Assembly: GCA_043814985.1 (NCBI GenBank)
Contig: JBDRJK010000019.1
Span: 32,001 to 96,000 of the forward strand
Reading direction: 5' to 3'
Source: Candidatus Aenigmatarchaeota archaeon
GTDB taxonomy: Archaea > Aenigmatarchaeota > Aenigmatarchaeia > Aenigmatarchaeales > Aenigmatarchaeaceae
Length of the DNA stretch: 64,000 nucleotides
The notes beneath the pieces are model-generated. The model saw only the letters and a list, made by a program, of their open reading frames with translations. It was not told where the DNA came from and ran no database searches. The position numbers and the translations under genes are program-made. This document shows positions 38,154 through 48,227 of this stretch, one piece after another (position 1 is the first letter of the stretch; each line of letters starts with the position of its first letter).

Positions 38154-39400
38154 GTTTTAGAGGATTCATAAAAAAACTTGAAAATAACAATATGATTAAA
38201 AAAATCGAAGATGAGATTGATTTGAACTTGGGTCTTACCGGTTTTTTGAAAAATAAAACCCAGAGTTATGTTTTTGAAAACATAAGAGACTTTCCTAATT
38301 TTAAGATAGCCGCAAACCTTGTGACAGACAGAAAACATTTGGGCTTATCCTTTGATTGTAGTGAACAGGAAGTTGTAAAGAAGGTAGCCGATGCTATTAG
38401 AAATCCCGGAAAGTTGAATGAGGTAGACGATGCGCCATTTTTTGAGGTTGAAGCAAAACTATCAGACCTACCAATACCTAGATATTTGCCTACAGATGGG
38501 GGTCCTTACTTATCGTCTGCTATTGTCTTTTCAAAAGATAAAGAACTTGGAGACAATGTTTCTTTCCATCGAATGATGGTAAAGGACGGAAGGATAATAA
38601 TAAGGCTTGTTAAAAGACATACTTGGGAATTCTATGAGAGGTCAAATAGAAATTTGGACATAGCGATATGCATAGGTCTTGACCCTGCTATTTTAGAGGC
38701 CGCTGCTGTATGCACAGATATAAGTGTATTTGAATTGCCAATAGCAAGCGCAATAATCGGAAAACCAATTGATGTTGTTAAATGTAGAACATGTGATTTG
38801 AAGGTTCCTGCTGAATCTGAGATAGTTATCGAGGCAACGATTACAGAGGAATGGGATGACGAGGGGCCCTTCTTGGATATTACACTTACTCCTGACATAG
38901 TCAGAAGCCAGCCAGTGGTAAAGGTCAAAAAGATATTCCATAGGAAAAATCCTATATTTCATGCTTTGCTTCCAGGCGGCTATGAACATGGAACAGTATG
39001 GAAAACGCCAACAGAGTCAGTCATGTTTAATGAAGTGAACAAAGTGTGTGCATGCAAGGATGTCTTTCTAAGCTTTGGGGGATGCTCCCGTTTGCATGGG
39101 ATGGTTCAGATAAAAAAGAAAAATAAGGAAGACGGACTAAGTGCTATAGAAGCTGCGTTCAAGGCGCATCCGAGCATGAAGCATGTGTTCATAGTTGATG
39201 AGGATATTGATATCTATGACATTAATGCAGTTGAATGGGCCCTTGCAACAAGATTCCAGGCAAAAACAGACTTGGTTATAAAACATGACTTAAAGGGTTC
39301 TACTCTGGATCCATCTTCTAGCAAGACGGGGAAGACATCCAAACTAGGGTTTGACTGTACAATAAAAGGTGACCCAAAGGAATTCAGAAAAGTATTTTGA
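38150..39400 (+). CDS. UbiD-family decarboxylase (anhydromevalonate phosphate decarboxylase by context)
   Basis: DGGPY, HRMM, EGPF, VDEDIDI, WALATRFQ, DPS. Confidence 0.92.
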   Translation: MSFRGFIKKLENNNMIKKIEDEIDLNLGLTGFLKNKTQSYVFENIRDFPNFKIAANLVTDRKHLGLSFDCSEQEVVKKVADAIRNPGKLNEVDDAPFFEVEAKLSDLPIPRYLPTDGGPYLSSAIVFSKDKELGDNVSFHRMMVKDGRIIIRLVKRHTWEFYERSNRNLDIAICIGLDPAILEAAAVCTDISVFELPIASAIIGKPIDVVKCRTCDLKVPAESEIVIEATITEEWDDEGPFLDITLTPDIVRSQPVVKVKKIFHRKNPIFHALLPGGYEHGTVWKTPTESVMFNEVNKVCACKDVFLSFGGCSRLHGMVQIKKKNKEDGLSAIEAAFKAHPSMKHVFIVDEDIDIYDINAVEWALATRFQAKTDLVIKHDLKGSTLDPSSSKTGKTSKLGFDCTIKGDPKEFRKVF

Positions 39401-39430
39401 TGAACTCCATATACAAAAATCGTCAATAAA

Positions 39431-39754
39431 ATGATTGTAATGATTGCTGGTAGGGGAAAATATAAAGTTTGGCTAGAAAAGAAAAAGGTTGGCAAGGAGA
39501 CAGTTTTATTTTTGTTTGGTGGAGAAAAACCGCATGTAGGCTGTGTTATAATAGTTGAACCAAAGAGGAAAACTAAATTGATAAAATTTGATAACCATAA
39601 AGACTATATTGTTGCAAGACCTATTGCTGAAAAGTTTTGTAAAAAAACAAAGAGAAGAGTTGTTTGTGTTGCAGGAATCCATGTGGACAATGCGACAAAA
39701 GAAGAGATTAAGATTTTAGTTGACAACTGCAAAAAAATTGAGGAAAGGATATAG
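39431..39754 (+). CDS. LpdD-like prenylated-flavin chaperone
   Basis: GGEKPHVG, HKD, V.CVAGIHVDNATKEEI. Confidence 0.7.
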   Translation: MIVMIAGRGKYKVWLEKKKVGKETVLFLFGGEKPHVGCVIIVEPKRKTKLIKFDNHKDYIVARPIAEKFCKKTKRRVVCVAGIHVDNATKEEIKILVDNCKKIEERI

Positions 39755-40951
39755 ATGGAACTGACAAAAGAAGAGAGGGAAATGTTTGTTGGTGAAAGGG
39801 GAGAAGGCATACAAAAGGCAATGGAAATAATTGTTGCTTTAGGAAAGATATACAGTGCTGAAAGGCTCATAAGGGTTACAAGCGTTCAGGTTGCTGGTGT
39901 TAGCTACAAGAACCTGGGCGATGCTGGCATTGAATTTCTAGAGGATTGGGCAAGAAAGGGAGCAAAGATTTCTGTCAGAACTACATTAAATCCTGCAGGC
40001 ATGGACTTGGAGAACTGGAAGAGATTAGGTTTCAAGGAAGAGTTTGCAAAAAAGCAGCTCAAAGTAATAGAGGCTTTCAAGAAGATAGGCATATCTCCTG
40101 TCTGCACATGCACACCCTACCTGATAGGCAACCTGCCAAAGTTCGGGGAGCATATTGCATGGAGCGAGTCGTCTGCTGTTTCCTTTGCCAATTCTGTAAT
40201 AGGAGCTAGGACCAACAGGGAAGGAGGTCCCTCTGCACTGGCAGCTGCAATAACAGGAAGGACAGCCTGCTATGGTTTTCATTTGAAGGAGAACCGCAAG
40301 GCAGACTTTGTCTTTGATGTGAAGTGCAAGGTTGATGGCTTCTCAGACTTAGGAGCTTTGGGGAACATTATTGGAAAATCTGTGAAAAACAAGGTACCAT
40401 ACATAATAGGTGTGAAAGAAGAGAATCAGGACAACCTGAAAGTTTTGGGAGCCTCAATGGCTGCTAGCGGTGCTGTAGCATTATACCATATTGATAATGT
40501 TACTCCTGAAGCTAAGATAAGGGACATGAGAAAGGAAGAATTCCAGACCATAGTCATTGAATCCTTGGAAGAGGGCTACAAGTCTTTGAACTCTAACGAG
40601 AATGAGATAGACTTTGTTAGTATAGGATGCCCTCATGCTTCAGTTGATGAGATTAAGAAGATATCAGAACTTGTCATAGGAAAGAAACTCAAGGCAGAAC
40701 TGTGGGTCACAACCTCAAAACATGTCAAAAAGCTGGCAGACAAATATGTTAGGACAATAGAGCAAAGCGGCGGCAAGGTCCTAAGTGATACGTGTATGAT
40801 TGTTGCACCAGTTGAGGATTTTGGTTTCAAGAATCTTGCCACAAACTCTGGCAAGGCTGCGTTCTATGCGCCTTCTTATTCTAAACTCAATGTCAGGTTC
40901 GGCTCGCTTGAACAATGTATTAATGCAGCATTAACAGGTAGATGGGAATGA
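39755..40951 (+). CDS. Aconitase X large subunit (phosphomevalonate dehydratase)
   Basis: TCTPY, AWSESSA, NSVIGARTNREG, GCPHAS, DTCM, TNSGK. Confidence 0.94.
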   Translation: MELTKEEREMFVGERGEGIQKAMEIIVALGKIYSAERLIRVTSVQVAGVSYKNLGDAGIEFLEDWARKGAKISVRTTLNPAGMDLENWKRLGFKEEFAKKQLKVIEAFKKIGISPVCTCTPYLIGNLPKFGEHIAWSESSAVSFANSVIGARTNREGGPSALAAAITGRTACYGFHLKENRKADFVFDVKCKVDGFSDLGALGNIIGKSVKNKVPYIIGVKEENQDNLKVLGASMAASGAVALYHIDNVTPEAKIRDMRKEEFQTIVIESLEEGYKSLNSNENEIDFVSIGCPHASVDEIKKISELVIGKKLKAELWVTTSKHVKKLADKYVRTIEQSGGKVLSDTCMIVAPVEDFGFKNLATNSGKAAFYAPSYSKLNVRFGSLEQCINAALTGRWE

Positions 40952-41325
40952 AGGGAAGAATAATAAAATTTGGAGATGTGGAAGGAGAGGCTATTGTCTC
41001 AAAAGAACCAATAAGCTTTTTTGGCGGCGTTGACCCGGATACTGGAATAGTTATTGAGAAAGGCCATTCTCTGGAAGGCAAAAACATCAAAGGAAAAATA
41101 CTGGTCTTTCCCACAGGAAAGGGTTCCACTGTCGGTTCCTATGTCTTGTACAGGTTAAAGAAGAGCAATGTCGCTCCCTTGGGTATAATAAACGAGGAGT
41201 GCGAGCCCATAGTTGCTGTCGGTGCAATAATATCTGACATACCATGTGTTGACAAGATTGACATAGGTAAGATAAATGATGGTGATATGGTCGTTATTGA
41301 GGGAGAGAAGGTTACCATCAAATGA
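40942..41325 (+). CDS. Aconitase X small (swiveling) subunit, DUF126
   Basis: ISFFGGVDP.TG, GKGSTVGSY. Confidence 0.94.
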   Translation: MGMKGRIIKFGDVEGEAIVSKEPISFFGGVDPDTGIVIEKGHSLEGKNIKGKILVFPTGKGSTVGSYVLYRLKKSNVAPLGIINEECEPIVAVGAIISDIPCVDKIDIGKINDGDMVVIEGEKVTIK

Positions 41326-41371
41326 CGATGCCATTAAAAAGGTATTAAAAGATTTGGACATAAAGTGTATT

Positions 41372-42172
41372 ATGACGGACAACCTAATTTTGATCAAGCT
41401 CGGCGGCAGTCTTATAACAGACAAGAACACGCCCTTTACACCAAGACACGATGTTATCAACAGACTGGCAAAGGAGATACACGAGGCCAGGCAGGAAAAG
41501 AAATTAAAGATTATTGTAGGACATGGTGGCGGTTCTTTCCCTCACAAGCCGGCAAAGGACTATAGGACTAATGAAGGCATAGTGAACGGAGACAGTTTCA
41601 AAGGAATCTCTCTTGTCCAGGACGCGGCTTCTAAGCTTAATCGAATAATTGTTGATGCTTTGATAGATGCTGGCGAGAACGCTATTTCTGTGCAACCTTC
41701 TGCTTCCCTTATATCAGAGAACGGCAGGATAAAGGAGTGGTATCTTAAGCCAGTAACTGAGATGCTAAAAAATGATTTGTTGCCAGTACCTTATGGTGAT
41801 GTTTCAATGGACACAAAAAAGGGCTGCTGCATAATATCCACTGAGGAGATTCTTAATTACATAGCAAAACATTCTTCTTTCAAGAAAATAATCCTTGCTG
41901 GTATAACCAATGGTGTGTATGAGAAAGACCCTACAATATACAAGGATGCCAAACTGATTCCTGAGATAAACTCGAAGAACTTCGAGGAAATCAAAAAATA
42001 CCTTGGTGGCAGTACTGGGATTGATGTCACTGGAGGCATGCTCCACAGGGTAACTAGGATATTTGAGCTGTCAAAGTTCGGTACTGAATCTATTGTGATG
42101 AGCGGGGAAATAGAGGGCAACCTGAAAAGGGCTTTGCTTGGAGAAAGAGTAGGAACGCTTATGAGATTGTGA
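41372..42172 (+). CDS. Isopentenyl phosphate kinase
   Basis: IKLGGSLITDK, GHGGGSF.H, GDV, DVTGGM; start reassigned to 41372. Confidence 0.92.
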   Translation: MTDNLILIKLGGSLITDKNTPFTPRHDVINRLAKEIHEARQEKKLKIIVGHGGGSFPHKPAKDYRTNEGIVNGDSFKGISLVQDAASKLNRIIVDALIDAGENAISVQPSASLISENGRIKEWYLKPVTEMLKNDLLPVPYGDVSMDTKKGCCIISTEEILNYIAKHSSFKKIILAGITNGVYEKDPTIYKDAKLIPEINSKNFEEIKKYLGGSTGIDVTGGMLHRVTRIFELSKFGTESIVMSGEIEGNLKRALLGERVGTLMRL

Positions 42173-42699
42173 TTATGGAAGAGATAATTTCTGTTGTAGA
42201 TGAGAAGGATATTTTACTGAGAGGAGAAGACAGGAAAAAAGTCCATGCTTCCACCTTTTGGCACAGAGGAATACATGTTTTTCTTTTCAATAAAAAAGGT
42301 GAGCTGTTAGTTCAATTGCGATCTCCAGACAAGGACAAATATCCCAATACTTTCGATTGTTCTGTCTCAGGTCATGTTGATTATGGAAATGGATATCTTG
42401 AGACCGCTAATAGGGAAATGAATGAGGAAGTTGGGCTGGATGGTTTAGATTTGGAACTGCTTGTGCATTTCAGGATGGTTTATGGTGATAGGGATTATAT
42501 GATAAGCAAGCTTTTCAGGTGCGAATATGGTGGTGAGATAAAACCGAATGAAGAAGTTTCAGAAATAAAATTCTTGAAGATGGATGAACTGAAAAAAGCA
42601 ATAATTGAGAAGCCTGATATGTTTACTCCTTGGTTTGTGGAAATGTTAAAATGGCATTTTAAGATGGAAAATAAGTTGCATATTCTTAAGGTTTATTGA
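42169..42699 (+). CDS. Nudix protein of the IDI-1-like clade
   Basis: HRG.HVFLFN, R...K..YP, SVSGHV, REMNEEVG, FTPW. Confidence 0.8.
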   Translation: MIMEEIISVVDEKDILLRGEDRKKVHASTFWHRGIHVFLFNKKGELLVQLRSPDKDKYPNTFDCSVSGHVDYGNGYLETANREMNEEVGLDGLDLELLVHFRMVYGDRDYMISKLFRCEYGGEIKPNEEVSEIKFLKMDELKKAIIEKPDMFTPWFVEMLKWHFKMENKLHILKVY

Positions 42700-42706
42700 G
42701 AATTTT

Positions 42707-43747
42707 CTAAAGCTTTCTTTGATCAACCCAGTCCTTGACTTTTCCATCCAAAATGTATTTTGTATTTTTCAATTCTTCTATGTTCTTAGAGCCAGTCAAA
42801 AGCATTGTTGTCTTCAGCTCCTTTTCCAGTTTGTCAATATATTCTTCCACACCCTGTTTTCCTTTGGTTTTCAGAATCCTCAAGAAGGGTAAAGCTATGC
42901 CGCACATCTCCGCTCCAAGTGCAATTGATTTGGCAATGTCAACACCTGACCTAATCCCGCCCGTAGCAATTAGAGGCAGCCCTACTTTGGCTTCTATAAT
43001 CGAAACAGGAGTCGGGATTCCCCAATTCTTGAAATTCTGGAACTCCTTGCCAGATATCAAGCCGTCAATAACAATCCAGTTAGTTCCCCCAAAACCTCCC
43101 ACATCTATTGCCTTGACACCAGCTTCCTTAAGTTTCAAAGCAACATCTCTTGATATGCCAAAACCTACCTCCTTGCCAATAACAGGGTATTTCAAATCCT
43201 TGCATAAGTCCTTCAGAAAACATAGGCATTCACTGAAATTGGAGTCTCCGTTTTTCTGGAATATCTCTTGGGAGGGGTTTATGTGAACGCAAAGGGCATT
43301 TGCTCCAACATATTTCAAGGCTTCCTCGATTTTATCAATGCTGAATTTCTTCAATTGATATATGCCTACATTGCCGAAAAGCAGAACATTAGGAGCAACA
43401 TCTCTAACATAGTAAGTATCCTTCAATTTAGGGTCTTCTATCATGGCTCTCTGGGATCCCAAAGAAAATCCAATACCTTTCTTCTCTGCTATTTCTGCTA
43501 GGTCCTTGTTTATTTTAGTTGCCTCTTCTGTCCCACCTGTCATTGATGCTATTGTCAGGGGTAATCTGAGTTTTGTTCCAAGAAACTCCGTGGTAGTGTC
43601 TATTTTTGCCAAATCCAATTCAGGCAAAGAATTATGAACTAGGTTAACATCCTCAAAACATGCCTTATTGCTTTCAACATTCTCCTCTATGCATATCTTA
43701 AGATGGTCCTTTTTTCTTCTCTCCGTTGTCATAGTAATAGAATACAA
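42707..43747 (-). CDS. fni: Type 2 isopentenyl diphosphate isomerase
   Basis: RK.DHL, SMTGG, GSQR, H.NP.QE, KEVG.G, GGT.W, TGGIR. Confidence 0.96.
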   Translation of the reverse strand: MYSITMTTERRKKDHLKICIEENVESNKACFEDVNLVHNSLPELDLAKIDTTTEFLGTKLRLPLTIASMTGGTEEATKINKDLAEIAEKKGIGFSLGSQRAMIEDPKLKDTYYVRDVAPNVLLFGNVGIYQLKKFSIDKIEEALKYVGANALCVHINPSQEIFQKNGDSNFSECLCFLKDLCKDLKYPVIGKEVGFGISRDVALKLKEAGVKAIDVGGFGGTNWIVIDGLISGKEFQNFKNWGIPTPVSIIEAKVGLPLIATGGIRSGVDIAKSIALGAEMCGIALPFLRILKTKGKQGVEEYIDKLEKELKTTMLLTGSKNIEELKNTKYILDGKVKDWVDQRKL

Positions 43748-43798
43748 AGGAAGAATATATAAAAGTGATAACCGGATACGATGAAAGACGAAGGCTTG

Positions 43799-44188
43799 TC
43801 AGAATTTGACTGTTTCTTTGGGAAATACCTTTCTAAATGATTCGTATACATTTTCATTTAATTGTTTTTTTGTTTCTTTATCCAACTCATGGAGATACAT
43901 ATCCCCCCCTGCATGAGCTCTATCTAAACCTCCAATATTATTCAAGAAATCCAAATTGTCTGTGTTCGTTTTCCTTGCTCCTTTATACTGTGGAATCAGT
44001 TTTTTAGAATCAATATCATGAATCACAGAAAGAAGAATATTTTGCTCTCCATATCTTAGCAAAAGAGTTTGTTCTATACCATTCTTTGTAAAGAAATCTT
44101 TTCTATCTAAAACATTAAGTCCTCTTTCCTTAAGTTCATCAATTACTCGTCCTATATTGCCTTTTTTAGTTTCTTGTACCATAGCCAT
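43799..44188 (-). CDS. Hypothetical protein
   Basis: ORF with GGTGA RBS; no recognised motif. Confidence 0.55.
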   Translation of the reverse strand: MAMVQETKKGNIGRVIDELKERGLNVLDRKDFFTKNGIEQTLLLRYGEQNILLSVIHDIDSKKLIPQYKGARKTNTDNLDFLNNIGGLDRAHAGGDMYLHELDKETKKQLNENVYESFRKVFPKETVKF

Positions 44189-44204
44189 ATTTTCACCAAT
44201 TATA

Positions 44205-44579
44205 CTATTGGGATCCTATGCTGAGTTTCGGTATATCCAATCTCTTTTTCCCAATCCCTAATCTTCCAAACAACTTCCATCTTGTTGCCTTTACTACAAC
44301 TTCCTTTCCAACCCCACATTTTTTAATTTGTGTATGAATATATCTATTACAACTTGGTGAATGTGGTCTTTTGACTTCTTTATACTCCATTAGAGCATTT
44401 TTATTCATATATCCCTCTGGTAAAATATACACATCTTGATTGCATCCTGGACATGGTATACCCGTTTTTGCAACTCCACTACCCGGAACTTGTATAGGAA
44501 TATCTATGTTGTAATTTACCAACGGGATTTTTTTCAGATTTGGTTCACCGTTTTCGTATACAGTTTCTATTAATGACAT
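44205..44579 (-). CDS. Hypothetical protein with CPGC motif
   Basis: GGAGG RBS; CxxC...HxxxC. Confidence 0.55.
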   Translation of the reverse strand: MSLIETVYENGEPNLKKIPLVNYNIDIPIQVPGSGVAKTGIPCPGCNQDVYILPEGYMNKNALMEYKEVKRPHSPSCNRYIHTQIKKCGVGKEVVVKATRWKLFGRLGIGKKRLDIPKLSIGSQ

Positions 44580-44705
44580 ATTTACAACCTCCCTTTTAGG
44601 TTATCCTATTATAAAACTAAATCTTTATATACTTATCGGTAGTAAAAACAGCCTTATAAAATCTTCCCTGATTCTAATATCGTTGTTTGCTGAATTTCTC
44701 GTCAA

Positions 44706-45068
44706 ATGACTGAAGTTTGTAAATTGTCGTGGTTAAGTATATATTCCGACGATGAGATATTTTCTATTCGAGTGGTGGTAATTTTTATGACAGCTGATCC
44801 CATCTTAGGTCAAACAAAGTCATACAGGCATAAGGACATGCCAGATGCCGTGAGGAGGGCTGCTGAAAGTCTTCCTAAATTGGAAGGCAACCCACACCTG
44901 CCTGTATATGGTTCTCAGCATCTTGAAATACTAAGAAAGTCTTTGGAAAAGCAACTGAATGTTTCCATACCGCATATCCTTGTGAAAATCATTCCTGAGG
45001 AAAAACCATCAATTGATTATGAAACTGATTTGGTTTTTCATGCAGGTTATTCTGGTACCGAAGGTTAG
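44706..45068 (+). CDS. Hypothetical protein
   Basis: ORF only; start probably later (MTADP). Confidence 0.45.
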   Translation: MTEVCKLSWLSIYSDDEIFSIRVVVIFMTADPILGQTKSYRHKDMPDAVRRAAESLPKLEGNPHLPVYGSQHLEILRKSLEKQLNVSIPHILVKIIPEEKPSIDYETDLVFHAGYSGTEG

Positions 45069-45120
45069 CAATTTTTTACACTAAAGATAAAATCTTTTAA
45101 GCTTCTAGATTTAACTATTT

Positions 45121-46848
45121 TTGATTGATATGATTAGGCAGCCCATTGTTGTGACTATTGGCCATGTGGACCATGGAAAAACCACTTTGCTAGACAAGAT
45201 TAGAAAAACAGCTGTCCAGTCAAAGGAAGCTGGCGGCATAACGCAGGCAATAGGCGCAACAGAGATACCTCTGGACATTGTCAAGAAAGTGTGCGGCGAC
45301 CTTCTGAAGAAAATGAAAATAGAAATCAAAATTCCAGGCTTGTTATTCATAGACACTCCTGGACACGAGGCTTTCACAGCTATCAGGAAGAGGGGATCAT
45401 CAATAGCTGACTTAGCGATTCTTGTTATTGACATAAATTCCGGCATACAGCCCCAGACAGACGAGTCAATTCAGATATTGAAAGAGTTCAAGACGCCCTT
45501 CCTTATCGCAGCAACCAAGATTGACAGGTTGGAGGGTTGGATAAGAAAAGAGGGCTCTTGCTTTTTAGAGAGCTTCGAGAAGCAGCCGGACTGGGTAAAG
45601 CAGAGGTTTGATGAGAAGTTCTACAGGCTCATTGGTCAGCTATCAGAGAGGGGTTTCAATTCAGAAAGATTTGACAGGGTTGAGGATTTCAAGAAGACCG
45701 TTTCAGTAGTGCCGTGCTCCGGATTGACTGGCGAAGGCATACCTGAACTTTTGATGATGCTTACTGGTCTTGCACAGAACTTCCTGAAAAATGAGTTGGA
45801 AGTATCCAAGGGCATTGGCAGGGGCTCCATACTTGAGGTTAAAAATGTGAGAGGTTTGGGCTCAACAATAGATGTGATTCTTTATGACGGAGAAATAAAG
45901 AAGGGGGACTGGTTGATAGTCGGTGGTAAAAAACCAATAGTGACAAAGATAAAGGCCCTGCTAAAACCTAGGCCGTTAAAAGAAATAAGAGTCGAGAAGC
46001 AGTTCGAAAATATCGATTATGTTTTTGCTGCTGCTGGAGTAAAGATTGCAGCGCCTGATTTGGAGGATGCCATTGCAGGAAGTCCCATAGCTACTGTCCA
46101 TGAGGGAGGCCAGATAGAGGAGATGAAGAAGGAACTGCAAACAGGTATAGAAGAGATTGAGTTTGAAAAGGCAATTGATGGGATAATACTGAAGGCAGAC
46201 AACCTCGGCAGTTTGGAAGCCTTGATTGGTATTTTCAAGGACAGGGTTCCCATACAGAAGGCAGGAACAGGGAATGTTCTGAGAAAGGACGTTATTGCGA
46301 TAGATGCTGGCAAGGATTCCCTGAAGAAAATTATTATAGCTTTCAATGTGGGCATTGATGATGTGGCTGCCCAATACGCAAAAGACAAGTCAATCAAGAT
46401 TCTACAGAACAACATAATATACAAACTGACAGAAGGTTATGACGAGTTTGTGAAAGAAGCTAAAGAGAAAATCAGATTGCAGAAGCTTGACACAATAACC
46501 ATGCCAGCCAAGATTAGGATAATACCAGGTCACACCTTCAGGGCTTCAAACCCTGCCATAGTTGGAGTAGAAGTTTTAGCAGGGACAATAAAGGCTGGCT
46601 ACAGGCTCCAGAAGGGAGGGAAGGAGATTGGGGAAATAAAGACAATACAGTCTGACAACAAGACTTTGGAGAGGGCTGAAACTGGAGACAAAGCCGCAGT
46701 TTCCATTGTTGGACCGACTGTTGGAAGGCACATAATGGAAGGGGATGAAATAACAACTCTTTTGACTGAAAAGGACTTGAAGGTTTTGGAAGATTTAGAA
46801 CTGAATGCGGAAATACAGCTTGCCAAGCAAATTCTAGGCATTGATTAG
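45121..46848 (+). CDS. infB: Translation initiation factor aIF5B (IF-2)
   Basis: RQPIV..GHVDHGKT, GGITQ.IGA, DTPGHEAF, GSLEAL. Confidence 0.97.
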   Translation: MIDMIRQPIVVTIGHVDHGKTTLLDKIRKTAVQSKEAGGITQAIGATEIPLDIVKKVCGDLLKKMKIEIKIPGLLFIDTPGHEAFTAIRKRGSSIADLAILVIDINSGIQPQTDESIQILKEFKTPFLIAATKIDRLEGWIRKEGSCFLESFEKQPDWVKQRFDEKFYRLIGQLSERGFNSERFDRVEDFKKTVSVVPCSGLTGEGIPELLMMLTGLAQNFLKNELEVSKGIGRGSILEVKNVRGLGSTIDVILYDGEIKKGDWLIVGGKKPIVTKIKALLKPRPLKEIRVEKQFENIDYVFAAAGVKIAAPDLEDAIAGSPIATVHEGGQIEEMKKELQTGIEEIEFEKAIDGIILKADNLGSLEALIGIFKDRVPIQKAGTGNVLRKDVIAIDAGKDSLKKIIIAFNVGIDDVAAQYAKDKSIKILQNNIIYKLTEGYDEFVKEAKEKIRLQKLDTITMPAKIRIIPGHTFRASNPAIVGVEVLAGTIKAGYRLQKGGKEIGEIKTIQSDNKTLERAETGDKAAVSIVGPTVGRHIMEGDEITTLLTEKDLKVLEDLELNAEIQLAKQILGID

Positions 46849-47567
46849 AATACCGTGAAACCTAGCAACAACAAAATAATTATCAGCAGAGGCTGGTGCA
46901 CCAGATAAATGAACAGCGACTTTCTACCAAGAAATGATAAGAATCTTACAATGGAAGAGTTTGAAACATCTTTTATCTTGAAGCTTCTTTTGCCGTTCTT
47001 GTATAAAACGTTTCCAAAATAAATTCCCAACAGAGTTATCCCGAACCATGGAAGAATTGGAAAGTAGTCAAAGGTGTAAAAATGTTGTGGAGCAAAGCCC
47101 AGCCACAAAAGCCAAGGGAAATCAAAGCTGAAGTTTTGTAGATATAAACCAATAATAATTAACAACAATCCTAGCAACAAGTTCAGTTTTTTAAACTTCA
47201 AGAAGAACTGACCGAGTATTATTGAAACCCCTATGAAATGAAGGATTCCGAAAACTACAAAGGATTCAGGAAATGTTAGAAACGTGATAACACTTATTAG
47301 AAGACCATAACTAAAAACCTTCAAGCCCCTTGAAAAGTACTTCTTGTATGTTTCCTTTAATTTCTTGCCCCTGATTCTACTATAGCTTATTGTCAGGCTT
47401 AAACCAACTAGGAAAATGAAAATAGAGGCACCTAAACCTGGAAGAGCCATTCCCAAGCTGAAGGTGTATATTCCCAGATACATAAGGGTAAAGGACCAGT
47501 TGAAAATCACAATCCTGATTAATGCAATTCCACGCAGAGCATCTATTTCCCAAAACCTCTTCTTCAT
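46845..47567 (-). CDS. DUF1624 / HGSNAT-like membrane acyltransferase
   Basis: RFWEIDALRG, FGILHFIG, DYFPILPW, GR.SL.IYLVHQP. Confidence 0.85.
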   Translation of the reverse strand: MKKRFWEIDALRGIALIRIVIFNWSFTLMYLGIYTFSLGMALPGLGASIFIFLVGLSLTISYSRIRGKKLKETYKKYFSRGLKVFSYGLLISVITFLTFPESFVVFGILHFIGVSIILGQFFLKFKKLNLLLGLLLIIIGLYLQNFSFDFPWLLWLGFAPQHFYTFDYFPILPWFGITLLGIYFGNVLYKNGKRSFKIKDVSNSSIVRFLSFLGRKSLFIYLVHQPLLIIILLLLGFTVF

Positions 47568-47645
47568 AACTTTTAAATAGTTTCTTTTTAATTAATAAAC
47601 AACCCGGAAATGTGCCTAATAAGCTAAAACTGGGGGTGATATATT

Positions 47646-48227
47646 ATGGCATTTAAAATTGTAGTAAGCGAACCAAAAAGCAGAAAGGCTTGGCAGATAG
47701 AAAAAGAAGCGCCTTTGCTGGTTGGGAAGAAGATTGGGGAAAATTTCGACGGTTCTTTGATAGGCTTGTCCGGTTTCAAGTTGCAAGTTACTGGCGGTAG
47801 TGACAAGGACGGCTTTCCAATGAGACCGGATTTGGACGGGTCGCAAAGGAAAAAGGCTTTGCTGACAAAGGGCATCGGTTTCAAGGGAAGGAAAAAGATA
47901 AAGAAGAAAATCTTCAAGGTCAAGGGCCTTAGAAAGAGGAAGTTCATAAGAGGCAACATAGTTTCTGACGATATAATGCAGATAAACTGCAAGATTGTGG
48001 AAGGAGAAGGTGACATTCCAAAGATATTGGGAATACAGCCAAAGGTAAAAGAGGGTGAGGAAAAAGCAGCAGAACAGCCTAAAGAGGAAAAGCCACAAGA
48101 GAAACCAAAAGAGGCTCCCAAGGAAGAAGCAAAACCTGTAGAGAAGAAAGAGGAACCCAAGAAGGAAGAGCCCAAACCAGAACCAAATAAAGAAGAAAGC
48201 AAGCCTGAAGAGAAGAAGGGTGAGTAA
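47646..48227 (+). CDS. rps6e: Ribosomal protein eS6 with K/E/P-rich tail
   Basis: FKIVVS, TGGSDKDGFPMR, RKRK.IRGN, QIN. Confidence 0.95.
   Translation: MAFKIVVSEPKSRKAWQIEKEAPLLVGKKIGENFDGSLIGLSGFKLQVTGGSDKDGFPMRPDLDGSQRKKALLTKGIGFKGRKKIKKKIFKVKGLRKRKFIRGNIVSDDIMQINCKIVEGEGDIPKILGIQPKVKEGEEKAAEQPKEEKPQEKPKEAPKEEAKPVEKKEEPKKEEPKPEPNKEESKPEEKKGE

Noticed and set aside
42169..42699. Annotation as a functional type 1 IDI
   Set aside because: Catalytic Cys and Glu positions are not conserved
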